This document shows, in pieces, positions 42,777-59,045 of a DNA stretch of 64,000 bases. The stretch comes from Eledone cirrhosa (taxonomy: Eukaryota). Each line of letters starts with the position of its first letter. The first letter of the stretch is position 1. The position numbers and the translations under genes are program-made. The notes beneath the pieces were generated by a model. That model did no database searches. It was not told the origin of the DNA and saw only the letters and a program-made list of their open reading frames with translations. The stretch lies in assembly GCA_964016885.1 (NCBI GenBank), contig OZ024743.1, positions 107,508,001-107,572,000 of the forward strand, given 5' to 3'.

Positions 42777-43740
42777 TCTGTTATGTACGGAGCAAATTTT
42801 ATCACTGGGGTGTTGTCATCAAAACAACCCCTCAAAAAACCTTCTTTCCACTCTTGTCATGCCATTGGCTATTTTTACTCCACGTCATCACAAGTTCTGG
42901 TCATTATTTGCCGCCACACGGTTCATCAACTATTTTCGGTCCGACATATTTCAATGCAGCCATGCTGGGTTCAATACCTCACACGTCTGCTCACACTTCA
43001 GAGTAAGCACCCACACATACTAGAATAAACACATAGTAACACACACATATATATACTCAGACATACACCTATCTATGCATTCACACTCGTACGTCTACAT
43101 GCTCAGACACCCACACCGCCACATACATACATCGCAGTATATATACTCACACACCCTCTCTCCCTCTATCCCATGGACCCAGTCACACACACTTGTTGAT
43201 ATATGACGCCACGTGCCTTCTGACAGTTCTGTATCAATTGGGTAAGCATGTCATATTCAAACGTATACATATATACATACACATGCGCGCACGCACACAT
43301 ACGGCCAACATTCTATACATTTAAATATATCTATATCTCTCTATATATATATATAAAACGCTCATACACACGCTCATACACACGCATATATACATACACA
43401 CATACATTCACATACATACATATATACGCACATGTGCATACCTAGGATTTTTTCATTCTGATAAATAAAAGTAATTATCGCTTGCTTTCAAGAAACCACT
43501 GGTAAATGAAACGATTATCCTATGTTGTTCATTACATAACTATATGTATATATATACATATATATACACACACACATGCATACACACACATATATACACA
43601 AACGTAAACTTACACATGTCCACACACACATACGAACACATAGGTACATAAACATTGCCTACACACGTACCTACACACACACACATATATATATTTGTTA
43701 TATAAGTATATATATATAGATATATACACACAAAAGAAAA

Positions 43741-43770
<30 letters not shown>

Positions 43771-43773
<3 letters not shown>

Positions 43774-43970
43774 ACGAAGCAAGTGTGGTAAGGAACCAGG
43801 TGGACCATAACGCACCAGAGTACTCATTAATTTGGGTTGTAGAGTGGGTAATCAGAAAATGTTCAAGACCCCGACGGCGGAGCTCAAGTCGTTTCGACAG
43901 CTATTTCTGGTCCAGAAATAGCCGTTGAAACGGCTTGAGCTCTGCTCTGCCGTCGGGGTTTTGAACATTT
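43771..43970. mobile_element. Copy of the 5418 family with a terminal fold-back
   Basis: aaaatgttcaagaccccgacggc...ctatttctgg-t-ccagaaatag...gccgtcggggttttgaacatttt; plus strand shows GAAA-cggc...gccg-TC-gggg. Confidence 0.8.
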
Positions 43971-43978
43971 TATATATA

Positions 43979-44150
43979 TAACTAACTAACTAAGGCGGGT
44001 AAAATTCCCGAGATCCATGGACGAGTTCTCTCCAGCGGTCTCTGTCTCTCATTATCGCTGCAATGTCCTGCGTCTCCAACAGACCAGTGTCTGTCCTTTG
44101 GGCATCAACATACGTTAACCTTGGTCTTCCTCTTCTAGTGTGTCCATGTT
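43979..44150 (-). mobile_element. RTE-type LINE 3' end
   Basis: GHTRRGRPRLTYVD...MRDRDRWRELV C-terminal motif followed by a (TTAG)n tail. Confidence 0.8.
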
Positions 44151-46279
44151 CTTTAACATCTACGCCGAACTTCACATTTTCCTTATTCTACATATACTGC
44201 GTCACCGACAGATAAATCATATTTGGAAGAAAAAACATGATGTTGACAGCTTGAATCGAAACGCATCATTATTTATTGATTGGTGCGTTGCATACACAAG
44301 TCTTAAGTACCAAAAAGAAGAGGGGTTCACAAATGATACTTCGACATTAGCAACAGTTACAACAGCTCTGCGATTTAATTCTATTCATGTCTAACTTTAT
44401 TGTAATCAACCGCCGATGCGCACCAACTAATGGTTTGAGGAATACAAATATTATCAAGCTGCAGATTTCATATTACGGAATTTCTACATAATAAAAATCA
44501 TTAATACTTTCAGTGACTGCTGCCCAACATATTCAGTGCTGCACCCAAAATTCCCCGACTTTATATATCCAAAGATGTCGAGCCTCTATATATCTACCGA
44601 AATAAACCATATACTGTGTAACCAGAATTTACTTCGACCAATCCTAAACCTCGGAAACACTGTTTAGCCTAATCTCAAACGGCATCCTGCTTAACAAAAC
44701 GAAAACCATGCGAAAGCTTATGCCACTGAAGGAACCAATTACCCCGAGAAAACCAAGGGAATGAAAAAAACAATTTAACCAAAAAGGGTTCAAATTAATG
44801 ACCATTAAAACATGATATCCAACCCGAACCTATTAAAACGAAGCAAAATAACTCGATAACAAAATAAAGGCAATAGTACGACCCACCATAAGGAAACTTA
44901 TAAGTTTTAACAAAATGTATGAAACGCAACCTACAACTACAAAAAAAGTATTTAAGAAAGGCGAATACAGAAAACACGAAAATAAAATGAAAGCTAGAAG
45001 ATACGAATCAGAAATCAGTTACAATCTAGAATCGGAAAACCCTTGCAACCCCATCTACATGAAATTATAACTATTATCTAATGTACCTGCACATATATTT
45101 CTAGATATATGTGAGTGCGAGATGGAGAGACTGTGTTTATTCTTACTCATAGTTTTGGGTGATGCAATCTTGCTCAGGTGATGATGCATGCGTTGAAGTG
45201 AAAATGTCGAAAACATTCATGATGGTACTACACCTTATATATGTCGTTTATTATCTCAGTTGATTTGGTTTGTATATATTTTCCATTGCTTTGATGTGAT
45301 AGTTTTTACTTAGCAAGATAAATCCCAGTCCATTAGGTTTAGTTATGTTTTGCATGGCTTTGATGTGCCTAGATTTTAATATAATTCTAGGTACAAGCAG
45401 TGTAAATTACTCAATAACCAGTTGAAGTACATGATTTCGTTTGTTGGAGAAAATGAAATGTTGAATTTATCCAGTTTGCTATTGAGGAGGAATATTGAAT
45501 TTTCCTCTGTCCAAATATATATAAAGATTGTCGTCTTTATTCTTCTATATGTTGGCAGGTGTAGATAATATGTACTGCGTCTATTCACTTACAAATAACT
45601 TGTATGTGCTATTATACGATGCTTCATTTTATAGTGTTCTACATTTTATTGATTATTCGTATGTTGTTGAGATACCAAGAGTAAAGCTAGCTGTCAAGAT
45701 AAGCCCGTCCTGAGTCAGAAGTCATTTATTATAAAGAAAAGGTGTATTAAATAGCATAACTATAAACGGATGTGCTTGAGGACGCAGTTATGTGACTGTT
45801 TTGTCAGACATGCAGATATTTTTAAGCTGTGTCCGGAATGTTCTATTATGTAGTGAGAATGGATGTGGGGAAAGGGTGAAACTCAAGTGGATTGAATGAG
45901 GGGGATTATATGTTCAATCCCAGGCAAAATGTGTCCGAAAAATCTTTTGAATTCAGTACATCATAGGTTGCTGAGGTTTTGAAATCCTTTCTCCTCACTT
46001 GGTTGTCTTTCTTGTATTAGTTCGGACCATTGTAGCTGAATAGTTTCTGGAGCAGGTGGAGATCTTAATTTCCATCGGCTTACGCTATTTGCTCTGTTTC
46101 CTCTATTATGGGAAGATCGGAGTAATATTTAACTATCGGACTTTCGGTGGTATTTACATGCACAGCAATTCAGCATTGAAGCCGAAAGCTGTCAATGCAT
46201 TTTTGGAGAGAGGTAAAATCGCTAGGCTTTATATCTTTAATTGTAGTCTTCAGTTAAAACTACAAAATTATCGGCTTCT

Positions 46280-47380
46280 CCACTAGAACTTGAAATGCCT
46301 GGAGCAGTAAAGAGATGGTAACACCAGTTGGTAAAACACGAGAAAGCGAAATAACTTCAATTTTCAGCAACCAAAGCAACTGAAACTCCGTCGGGACTGA
46401 ATATCTTCTGCAAAAGAAACATCAGGATTTCTGCATTTGATGTCTTCGTGAAATATATTTCTTCACATCACGAATAGGTGTCAATCATCACGATCACATA
46501 CTATTGATGATGTAATTAACCGGAATATTCAGCATAAAGGTGTTACCAAGGCTTCTCATTTATTGGCCATGGTTTCCACACTGAATTCTTAGTTATACCG
46601 CCTTCAGATGCTGAGAAATCTTTTGCAATTTGTAGCATATCTACATTTGTCACTGGCCACAATACTATCGCACACTTGTAATATTGTAAAACATTATTAA
46701 CGGTGATACTGTAATTGTCAAAGATCGCAAGGGTCGCAGAAATTGCGCTTTATTGGAATCGCAATCGGTGTTGCATATTGAAGTGGTTTACAGGGTTTAG
46801 AATGCCTTGCTGAACCATCTTACATAATTCTTTCTTAACCGCACTTCGCAACCCATATGGGATCACACGCTTTCCAATAAATAAAGCTTCTCCGGCTATA
46901 TCAAAGTTGATTTTTGAATTTCAATGCTACCGTTGGCATTCGAACAACGAAGTTGTGTGCTTCGAGTTTCCTTGTCCAGTTTCTTTCTTCTTTGAGATTC
47001 ATCCCCACAACCGATTCATCTGGAATGGAATGGCTGGTTCGCTGTGGAGTTTCCGCACATCCACACCTTTCTCCAAGACCAGATGCAAGTTTTTAATGCC
47101 GGATTTTTCAAGAGAAATTTGCTCTGAGTACACTGGGTATTAATTCCGACAATGAGACAATCCCGGAGCAACGTTTCTAGCTAGTGTCTGAATTGACATC
47201 GGAATGCCTGGTATTGTAATTTCAAGATAACTTGACGGAAGGACTCACATTCACCACGCACTAATGAGTTGAATTTGGCCCTTTCAGTTGCTTGAGTTTT
47301 TGACGGTTTGAAATGGTTGCGAAGAACTTCGTGTACGTCTGTTAAAGACCTTGGCTTGAGATGTTTCGGATGTTCCATTA
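46280..47380 (-). mobile_element. Gypsy LTR retrotransposon remnant (gag and RT N-terminus)
   Basis: LRNHFKPSKTQATERAKFNSLVRGECESFRQVILKLQYQAFRCQF (gag); IPYGLRSAVKKELCKMVQQGILNPV...ATPI...DNYSITVN (RT). Confidence 0.75.
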
Positions 47381-48949
47381 TGTAGTGTGAATGGATGTGG
47401 GGAAAGGGTAGGAGGGGTGTCACTCATGTGGGTATGTGACAAACGTGGCAATTAAATGAGAGGGATTACATATTTAATCCTGGGGAAAATGTATCAAGAT
47501 AATATTGTTTGTTCCGCCCATCATACACGTCTATATTCTGATCGTAATGTGGAATTGATTTCGTATGGTTTTTGAGCGTTATGCTAACTTATGTTGCCCT
47601 TTATATGCTTAATGTTTTTGTATATGATTTCTTATACACAGTCGTTTGATTTTCAATGAATCTCTTGCTAAAAATTGGTCTATTGTAGGGAGGCTTTATC
47701 AAATATCTGCCAGCAAATTATACTGGAATTCATATGCATCAGGTAACATTATACCTAATTTGGCAGGTGGTGGTTGGGCTCCTTCTCCATGTATAATTAT
47801 TTATTGTTTGAGTTTCAACAGGTTTTTGATTTGCTTAGATCTAAGGTTATGTCTAGGAGACTTACCATTTCTTTGTTTTGTGTTTATCTGCATGTTTAGG
47901 CTTTTCGTATCTAAACAAATACAAACGTTAACCATAAAAAATCTCAAACGAAGAAACAATATTCCAAAATACATTAATTTCTCCTCTATAAACATGTAGA
48001 CACTGATGCTTTCTCTCCCTAGGCAAGACATGCTGGTTTAGCAATTATTGATAAGTATGGTTTAGCCTTAAATTCATCATGTTTTTCCCGGTGTATAAAT
48101 TTGTTTTATAAACGATCCTTCGATTTGTTTACTTTTGTCTCCGAAATCAAATTATATTCAGACGTTATGTTCTCATATTCACGTGAAGCATAGACAGCAC
48201 AAGGTTTAAATAGAAATTCGACTAAATTATCATTGTAAAAATTGCATAAATTTTAATTTCAGAAACCTTTTCATAGTTAATAATATAGATTCATCACCTA
48301 CTTCTGGAAGTATTGCCCCAAATTATTACACCATTAACGGAAATTTGCTTTTGAAAATAATGATGATCTGTATTAATTTTCAACCAGATAACAACAGGTA
48401 GCGTAGAATTTATATTGAATTAATGTAATATGAACTCTAATTAAAAATTCATACATTCAAGACACAAGATAAAGGATATTCCGCAAACTTACTGAAACAC
48501 ATTCGTTTTTAACTGAAATTGCATCTGATTAAATATTCATGCGCACATATCATCTATGTATATATAACACAGTGAAAGCAAATATACTGAAGTATTTAAC
48601 CTTACTACACCTCAGTAAACATTTCAAAGTAATTCTCTTTTATTTTTCCATTATTATATTGATTATTGTTTTCTGGTTCATGATATTTAGTTGCACTTTG
48701 AATTTACCTATCAAACAAGACACGGCAACAAGGAGAATATTCGATTTCTGGTAGACAGCAGATTCGGCTTGCAATCTGACCTTCTTTAGATGTGTGCAAT
48801 CTTCCACTGACACCGATCTGATCTTTTAGCATGGATCAGAAAAATTGGAAATAAGAAACTTTTGTTCCTATATGAAAACCATGCTGAGACTCTCAACAAG
48901 TAAGGCAGGCGGTTGTGAAAAAAAGGACATCAGCAGATCAAATGGCAGA

Positions 48950-49600
48950 TATGCTGAGGAAAAAAACACCGGGATTGAATTATTTAACTTATGAATTTTA
49001 CGCCAGTCTATCAGACCTATTCACAACAGTTTATCAACTGTATATTGCAGATGGTAGCAGACTGAGATCACTCCTAGTCGTGTAAGCCGGAGAATAGTGG
49101 CATTGCAACGAAATTGCAGGGATAAGGAGAACTGAACTCTACTGAATACGAAGCTGAATGTGTTAGCAAATATGATGGCAGAAAAATTGTCGCTTGTCAT
49201 TGGTAGACTATTAGGATATGCGCACATATTTGCAATCACTGGCAGGTCCATTCATGCCAGTCTCAACCGCATAGGATACATTCCTCGGAGAACAGGTCAA
49301 TTTAGATCAGTCAAAAACATTTAAAAGGGCGGATATTCGCCCTGTTTACAGACTATGGATCACCAAGTTCTACAACGTCATATGTTACTTGGTTAAATGA
49401 GGGATGCTTTATCAGATTCTTTACATATGAAACCTTCATGCGTCAGGCATAATTCCTATCTCGCTTTTCTATGTTTTGGCCTTGAAGTGTCTGGTATGCA
49501 GAATGGGAATTTTGAGAGGAATTCTGCGAGAACCTTCTCGGACACTTCAAATATAGAGGCAATAGGCACCATACTGTGAGAGAACTAGCAGGTTACTGAG
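48950..49600 (+). mobile_element. Decayed L1/Tx1-like RT fragment
   Basis: TLLNTKLNVLAN and VNLDQSKTFKRAD parallel the RT of the 13316 element. Confidence 0.6.
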
Positions 49601-50461
49601 CTTGTATGACCCAGAACAAAGAGATGCAGGCCCATGCCGGTCAGTGGTAATATGTCTCTCGACGGTCGGGTAGGACGCATAATTTTACATTTTATCCATT
49701 TTCTTTTTGAAATATAAATTCCCGCTGGCAGTAAAATCCATTTGCTACTAATATCTCCTCTAGGATTGCCTCGGGTTGCTTACAATATTGATACGTAAAC
49801 CTGTGGTATGTCTAACGCACACGTGGAGCTACTATAAGTATCGCAACAACGATGAGAATGAAAGCGAAGCCCAATCAATATGAACACCATTCGCATGATG
49901 AATCTACCCCTAGATACGGTCCAGGCCTGGATCAAAGCTGCCAAAAAATTATTTTTGTTTTATAGTGGATTAGTTGAGGTTAAGAGTGACGATGACCTAG
50001 AAGCAGCTCTGAGTGTTCAGGAGGACCGGCTATTCTAAATGACGTTTATACTAGGGGTTATGGACTATTTTCAAAGGTACTTGTCATGGCAGTGCTACAG
50101 AGGGTCACTAACAGTGTGTGACAATCCCTACCAGTACCAAAATGCAAACAGCTGGACATGTGCGGATAACAAGCATGGGTACGAAAGGGTCATCCATCTA
50201 TCCATGCATTAGAGAATGTTGTTCTGGTGTCAAGCAACTACTATCTCGTGTAGGACAGGTCTCTCTATTCTGAGTGCTTTTTAGGTAGGAGGAAAGAACG
50301 TGGGATAGGGTGCTTTCTATGTCCCACGTTCCCAACGGAAAAATCTGGGCTTTGTATGTGTAGGGGTGGGGGTGCATCCCTGAAATTAGCTGAAAGTGCA
50401 ATCCTCCAGTATTGAAGATCTTGTTGACATTTCTTATTGTATTGTATTGTTATATAACTCA

Positions 50462-51040
50462 CTCCAGAAATTTTCAGACCTCTCTATGTCGCCCTCGTGA
50501 GACGGCACCTAGAATATGGCATCCAAGCATCAGACCCATATCTCATCCGGGATATCCATCACTTGGAGAGAGTTCAACGACTAGCGACTCGAATGGTACA
50601 GGGCCTTCATGAGCTGCTTACCAAAGCCGACTGCAGAAGCTGAATCTCTTCTACTTGGAGCGTCGACGGCTACGAGGCGATCTCATTTTGGCTTACAATC
50701 TCTTCAATGGCCATTACGATCTCCCCCAAGATCTCCTATTCACTCCGGCACGTGAAAGAGGTCTACGTGGACATGACAAAAAGCTGTTTCACTACCGCTT
50801 TCGCCTAAATAGAGGGAAAGCTGCTTTCTCGATCCGCAGCTCTGAACCCTGGAATCGGCTTCCAGAAGAAGTAATCAACGCGCCAACCACGCAACAATTC
50901 AAGGCCAAATTGTACCGATGCTGGACCACTGTGTTTCCGACTGTGTAAATTGTGCCCCTCTCCCTTCCTTACATGGCATCTGAAGCATCTATGTTTTATT
51001 TTCTGCCAAATATATTGAATTGAATTGAATTGAATAATCA
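50462..51040 (+). mobile_element. CR1-type LINE 3' end
   Basis: LYVALVRRHLEYGIQA...LERVQRLATRMVQG, then ERRRLRGDLILAY...LRGHDKKL...FSIR...WNRLPEEVINA; (TTGAA)n tail. Confidence 0.88.
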
Positions 51041-51279
51041 TTAAAATTAATTTTGTTATCTCTACGCTTTTCTCTTCAGTGATGTCCACTTTCCTTTACT
51101 TGAAGTAAACCATACTCTATGTTCTTGTATTTTGTTTTGTCCGCAATGTATTGGGCCCCTATGGCCAATAAAATAAGCTACTAATATTATTATTGTTATT
51201 ATAATTATTATTGGAGTCGCAGTTATTGATGTTATCGTAAAAATATATATTGTTTTGTGTTTAAACACCCCGATTATTA

Positions 51280-53604
51280 TGAGGTGGTTGAAATTAATCG
51301 GTATCTAGCCCTTCGGGTCTAAATTCCAATTTGAATTTTACAGTTGGCAAATAAGATCACAAAGAAAATAATATGAACAATGGCGTCAGTCAAGAAAACA
51401 CTTTCTCTACCTTGTCTTCCTTCAAATCTTTGTATTTCACCAAGCTGCCAGTGTGTAGTTTCGCTTGTCTCGGTTTCTTTTTCATCCAGCACAAGCCAAC
51501 AGCCACTACCAATCAGACAGGCTTTTTCATCTTCTTCATCCTCAAGTAGTAGGGTCAAATTCAAAAGGCATTGGCGTGCGCGTGTGCACAAAAATCCCAC
51601 ATCAGCCGAGGCAAAAATATGTCACCGAGGACGTAATTTTTGCCACCCCCAAGTGGCCAAGTCTCACACTATGGTAACCTTAAAGAGTGAGGAGATGGTG
51701 TTGGTGCCCTCCTACTGCTGGATAAAGATTGTGAGGGTTTAAGTGACCCAAGTCCCGCTCGACGTGCCCATACCTTGGCTGGCCGTGTCTGTCCACGCCG
51801 GAGTCGAGGACAAGACGATAACGCTGCAAGCGCAGAGGATAGGGAGGGAGAACTGGTCAGATATTGGAATGCAAATGCTAGTCCAAAGAGACCAGAGTGT
51901 ATCGAGGTTATCCCGGACGTCATATACCTCGAAGAAGGAGTTCAACTCCCCATAAGCGAGGAAGGAATGCGCCTAATGTGGATTGAAGGGTCACCTCAGG
52001 GACTTTTGCTTGAAGAAGACAGCACAGAAGAAGCCCCCCTCTTTCTCACGCCTTGTCCGTTGCTACCAGGAGCATGGCAGGCTACAGAGGTAACAGGCCA
52101 TTCCGCGGTGAGTAGGAGTGCAACGTCCGTGACACCTATACGAAGAACACGGACAAATAAAACAGCCGCAGCAGTGGCGGCAACAACAATAGTCGCAATA
52201 GCAACACTTGCGACAAGAACGACGGAGCAGGCTCCACTGCCACCGCCAACTGTGGAGCTCATACCTCTTCCAAACCCTATGGAATCCGACATGGGGTATG
52301 AGGAAGTGAGTTGAGTAGAAAAAAGTCTCCACAAGAAAAAAAAAAAAGGAAAAACCCCTTAGATTCACCCTCCAAAAGGCTTGGAAAACGAAGAGTGATA
52401 AATGCTGCAAGGCGACTTGCAGCAACACCGCCACCATCACCATCACCACCAACAACAACCACACTACCATCAGCATCACCCCAAATAAAATATCATAAAC
52501 ACCAAAAGGCACACACACCCAACAACAGCAACAAGAAAACACCATCAAAACCAAGCACCTTCCAAAAAATGACGCAGCCATAAACATTGCAAATAAAGAT
52601 CTCATGGAACATATAAAGCAGCCCAGAGACATTACAGACAAAAGTTACTGCACCCCACCAACACCAAGAACATTACCAAAAAATAATAAACATTGTCGAG
52701 ATCAAACTAGAATAATATAAACAGTTAAAACAAAAATTCCCAACGCAGTTGGGCACAGCAGAAGGTCGATTACCAAGAGAATATACACGGACATTATCTT
52801 GGAGACACCCATGACCAACTGAAGGGACGGTTTGACTGTCCCTTTCACATACCATCATAGTAAGTGATACTTTCTCACATACACCGTTCCTCACCCAACA
52901 TGGACTTACTTACAGCCGACTCTGTCCGAGATGCGCGCAGGGCGACGAAACCGTCCCGCACGCAGTCGTTCAGTGCCTGACATTTGCTGATTTGTGGGAA
53001 TATGTCAAACAGTTGCTGTCGCTTGTAGGACGGATCCGGTTATGGACTGATAGCCCCACCGTCCTCCTTTAAGGGGAAGGAAGGGCAGGCAGTTTTCATA
53101 TGCCTGGAGCCATGGCGAAATAGATTGTCTAGTGGACAAGGCTGAAAGGATTGAAATCGGTCACTTTCCTCTCCGGCCAATCCCTGATTAATTTTTCAAG
53201 TGAAATTTGAAGAAGAAAATCAAGGTGGAGAGGCAATTGCTGTTTTCTAGTAAGTTTGTTGAAAGGTGGGTGAAAGTGGCGAGTTTGTTCCGAGTGAACG
53301 GGCCCGCTCTGAGTATGCTCCTGTAGACTGAGGAGTGGGAGAACAGAGAGAGGGCGCTTGCCCTGGTGTTCAGGGTGGCCGTGGTTTTTTGTGTGGTTTT
53401 TAGCCATGAGTGACCCTGGGAGGTTCCCCCCATACTAGGGAATTTTTGTTATTTGAATTTTTATTTGTTTCTCCACATTTCTATGCTTTTGTTATAACCT
53501 TTTCTTACACTGCCAAAAGCTAAGTTTTATTAAATCGTCCTGAACCGGCTGTAATGTTTTACTTCAGGTTAGCCCTTGTGGCCAATAAAGAAACCAATAT
53601 TATA
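51280..53604 (+). mobile_element. Internally deleted copy of the L1/Tx1-like family
   Basis: ORF1 remnants (LVPSYCW...TQVPLDVPIPWL) and 52945-53590 matching 17755-18440, ending agcccttgtggccaataaagaaa. A further 3' UTR stub lies at ~51050-51200. Confidence 0.85.
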
Positions 53605-53950
53605 ACCAATCATTTCTACTTGATAGTCTTCTAGAATTTCTCCTTCTGATTCTGTCGAAATGCATAATTGGACGAAGACAGCGATAACAGCAAGGGCAAG
53701 AACAACACCAACAACAAACATCAGCGTGAATAAATCGATATCGCGCTTATAGAGCTAGTCAAAGTGAGATTTATCTTCGTTTTCCACAACGACAAATCAA
53801 AATAAATATATGGACAAATATATAAGTAAATAAAGAACATAGCGAACATAACGATGAGGAAAAGGTGTATTTCAACAGTGGCCCTTGGAGTTTTATAACT
53901 CTTTACTATACACGTTATTTCTTTAGATGTTACTGTTTTACTTTCAGTTT

Positions 53951-55270
<1,320 letters not shown>

Positions 55271-55715
55271 AGAGAGAGAAAGAGAGAGTTATAGAGAATG
55301 AGATGTACATACAAATACACAGACGTAGGCACGCACACATACGCACATATAAACTCTTGTCCATTTGTGCTTGTTTGCGTATGTGCCAATGCATATGCTA
55401 TGCATATACACACGATCATACTTACGTACATACTCGAACATACCCATATACATATAGCTACCTTCAGAAATAAATTGTATGACCATACACTGCAATGTAT
55501 ACCAATACATAGCGTGACATAAAGTGAAATGTAATAATGAAATAAATGAAGCTGTTCTTATTTACATATTTATTTATTTGGTCCTTATGTATTTTTATAT
55601 ATTTTCTCATATTCTCCTATTTTTCTACTCCATCTTCTCCTTTCTTTTTTCATTACATGACTGTGTTCATATATATATATAAATGTATATACATACACAT
55701 AACTGCACACACATG

Positions 55716-55787
<72 letters not shown>

Positions 55788-55885
55788 TACATAACATAGA
55801 CATATATAGGTACAGATATATGTGTGCATGCGTATGTTTACACACACATATATATATTTATAAACATATATGTGTGTATACATAT

Positions 55886-55946
55886 AAATGATCACACACA
55901 ACACAAGAAAAATTTACTCACACGCACACACACTACTCCTCATCAC

Positions 55947-56003
<57 letters not shown>

Positions 56004-56081
56004 GTGTGTGTGTTTGTGTGTGGTGAGGGGGTGATGTGTGTGCGTGTGAGTAAATTTTCCTTGTGTTGTGTGTGATCATTT
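55886..56081. repeat. Fold-back centred on a TA tract
   Basis: aaatgatcacacaacacaagaaaaatttactcacacgcacaca / tgtgtgcgtgtgagtaaattttccttgtgttgtgtgtgatcattt. Confidence 0.85.
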
Positions 56082-56837
56082 TTGTTTCTTTTTAACGTTT
56101 GTAATACCCTTAGATTTCATATGGTAAGTACATATATATGTTTGTGTGTTTGTAGGTATGTGCGTCCTTGTTTGTAGTCATGTGGGAACGAAGGTTTACC
56201 ATAATCTCTTTTTATTCTACAATAATTTCTTATCATTTCGTTATTCGCAGAACAATTCCTCCATGTGGATTTTTTTTTGTTTCGTCATGGAGGTAGTTTC
56301 TGTAGAATTTGATCAACAATTATTCAACTTCAATACCCATTCAATTCTGACGGCTTGCGGCTTAGTGGATATGGCTCTCGATACTTAGATCATAAGTTCC
56401 ATTTACGGTGGCTTATTCTCGTCTTCAGCAGGATACTACATTTTTACTAAAGCCAGTTGGGCCTGAACTTCAGATTTTCACGCTGAATCTCTCTGTAAAT
56501 TACGTAAATCTTGCACGTACTTTGGTGAATGCTGAGTCATTTGCATGTTGATTTCAGGAACAATTATTTTGGCTCACTATTTTTTGGTAATCGGTTCGAT
56601 GCTCGGCAATGCCTTGTGTCCTTAAGCAAGATATTATATTTCATGTTGCGCCAATACACACAGTTGGAAAATAAATTATAATTGTAATTGAAAGATTGAG
56701 TCTTGTTCAATCGTAGAGTCATGCTGCGCCTCTCTGTCCAACTGAACACACAGTTTATATTAGTGACTTTTTTCTGCACTTCTTTTTATTTTACTGTTGT
56801 TAGTGTTGTTGGTGGTGATGCTCTTAGCGTTTTGTAG

Positions 56838-57430
56838 TATAGATTGGCAGTATTGGTAGAGCGTCAGACACCATGCTTAGCAGCATATAGTTATGGCCCT
56901 TTACATTCTGAGTTCAAATTCCGTCGAGGTTAACTTTCCCTTTCATCCTTACGGGGTCGATAAAATAACGCACCAGTAATGTACTGGGGTCGATTTAATC
57001 CCCCCAAATTACTGCCCTCCTGCCTATTCTAGAAATCATTATTATTTAATGTGAACCTTCCAGAAAGTAGCCGTTTATATACACATATATACATACATAC
57101 ACACATATATAAAGGGTGGTGGATTCGCAGTATCAGTAGAGGGTCGGACGCCATGCTTTCCAGCATAGTTACGTCCCTTTACGATCTGAGTTCAAATCCC
57201 GCCGAGGTTGACTTTGCCTTTCATCCTTACGGGATCGATAAAATAAAGTACCAGTAATGAACTGGGTAATTGCTGGCCTTGTGCCTAAAGTAGAAACAAT
57301 TATTATTATTATGAGTTCAAATCCCGCCGAGGTTAACTTTGGCTTTCATCCTTATGGTGTCGATAAAATAAAGTACCAGTAATACACTGGGTATTTGTGG
57401 CCTTGTGCCAAAAGTAGAAACAATTAATAT
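56838..57430 (+). mobile_element. Cluster of three tRNA-derived SINE copies
   Basis: gagttcaaat(t/c)ccg(t/c)cgaggtt(a/g)acttt...cgataaaata at about 56910, 57188 and 57312. Confidence 0.88.
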
Positions 57431-58052
57431 TATTATAGCTGTGGTGGTTGGTTACACTTTTCTTGATGATGGTTTTTGGGTTTTTTTTGTCTGTTGACGA
57501 TGAATATTTTCAGCTGCTGTTGTTTTTCCTCTTGATATCATTGATGATGATGTTGCTGTATGTTTTGTTGGTGTTGTTAGGGCTGCTGCAGTTATTGTAG
57601 GTATTTTCGTTGTAATGTTTACAATTGATGCTGATGCTTTGTAGATTATTTTGTCCGTAGAATAATGTTTTATCATTTCTTTTATACCTTCCTATTTCCT
57701 TGTAATTTTGTCTAACTATTCATTTCTTCTTCGACACTTTCATTTCTTTATCATTTTTTTTTTTCATTTATTTGTATAACAATCTTCTGTATTGAGAAGT
57801 GACAATCGTTCATAGCATTAACAGTTTTCATGCCAGATCTTCTACTATCGTATATATCAATACATTCAAAGTGTTTATATTGATTTAAAGATCATCCATT
57901 ATAATTTTAGATATAAACAATTGTTATATTCCAAACAACGCATTAGCAATTTACAGAGAAATTTAATTTAGTTGACTTCTAAAATACGGCTATATAATGT
58001 GAACCTTCCAGAAAGTAGCCGTTTATATATACATATATACATACACACACAC

Positions 58053-58157
<105 letters not shown>

Positions 58158-58273
58158 TAGATAGATAGATATATAGACAGTTATAGATATATAATATTAT
58201 AGATAGATATAGTGTATTGTTGGGTAATGTTTAGTTACCGATGAATCACCCGTTTATATATATCATATATATA

Positions 58274-58343
58274 GAGGGTGTCCCCAAAATGTATACACAC
58301 TTCAATAGCAAAGTAATCAAAATGTGTATATATTTTCGCACAC

Positions 58344-58346
<3 letters not shown>
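58274..58346. mobile_element. Tiny Tc1-like MITE
   Basis: gagggtgtccccaaaatgtatacaca / tgtgtatatattttcgcacacctg with TA on both sides. Confidence 0.55.
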
Positions 58347-58413
<67 letters not shown>

Positions 58414-58415
58414 GA

Positions 58416-58884
58416 AAATGAGCGAAACAATCTTTTAAATAAATTAAAAAACGATTTAAATATTCAGCTGTTCTATTGCCGTTTCCGACGGTTTCACTAA
58501 TCAAATGATTGGAAATTCAGAGAATTTCCAATGGAAAGAATTAGATCTTCAGACAGCTATTTCCATACTATAAGGGTATAAAGCCTCACAGTAAGTTAAT
58601 ATTTCGTTTCCTGCCCGTTGCATGAGGTCAAGCCGTTAAAGTGACTCACACACAAAAAATAGGCCATGAGTAAAAGCGGGTTATTATAAACTTTTCGATC
58701 ATGCCGCTAATAATAGCAGCGCGATGCAACATTTTGTTCTCTACATAACGGAGAAAAATTATAAAAGGGTATGGATATTCCGACAGGCACTAAGTACCTA
58801 CAGAAATATGCATAGTGTTTATAATAGTTGTGGTTCGATGGTACTAATTTGAGATACCAGAACTATAAAACTGAGCGGAACAAG
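58416..58884 (-). mobile_element. Second copy of the 463-bp HHR family (one unit plus start of the next)
   Basis: Colinear with 26863-27340, including gattggaaattcagagaatttccaatggaaagaat and ggtactaatttgagataccagaactataaaa; the HHR core is mutated at the cleavage site. Confidence 0.85.
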
Positions 58885-59009
58885 TCATCAATGTATATAC
58901 TGAAGTAAAAATTAAGTGGAAATATCCAAGAGTAAGCACTCAGTGTACATGACGAGTTTAGTGGGCCCAGAACCCAACGAAATTTGAGTACCTGTTTATG
59001 TTAATGCTG

Positions 59010-59045
<36 letters not shown>

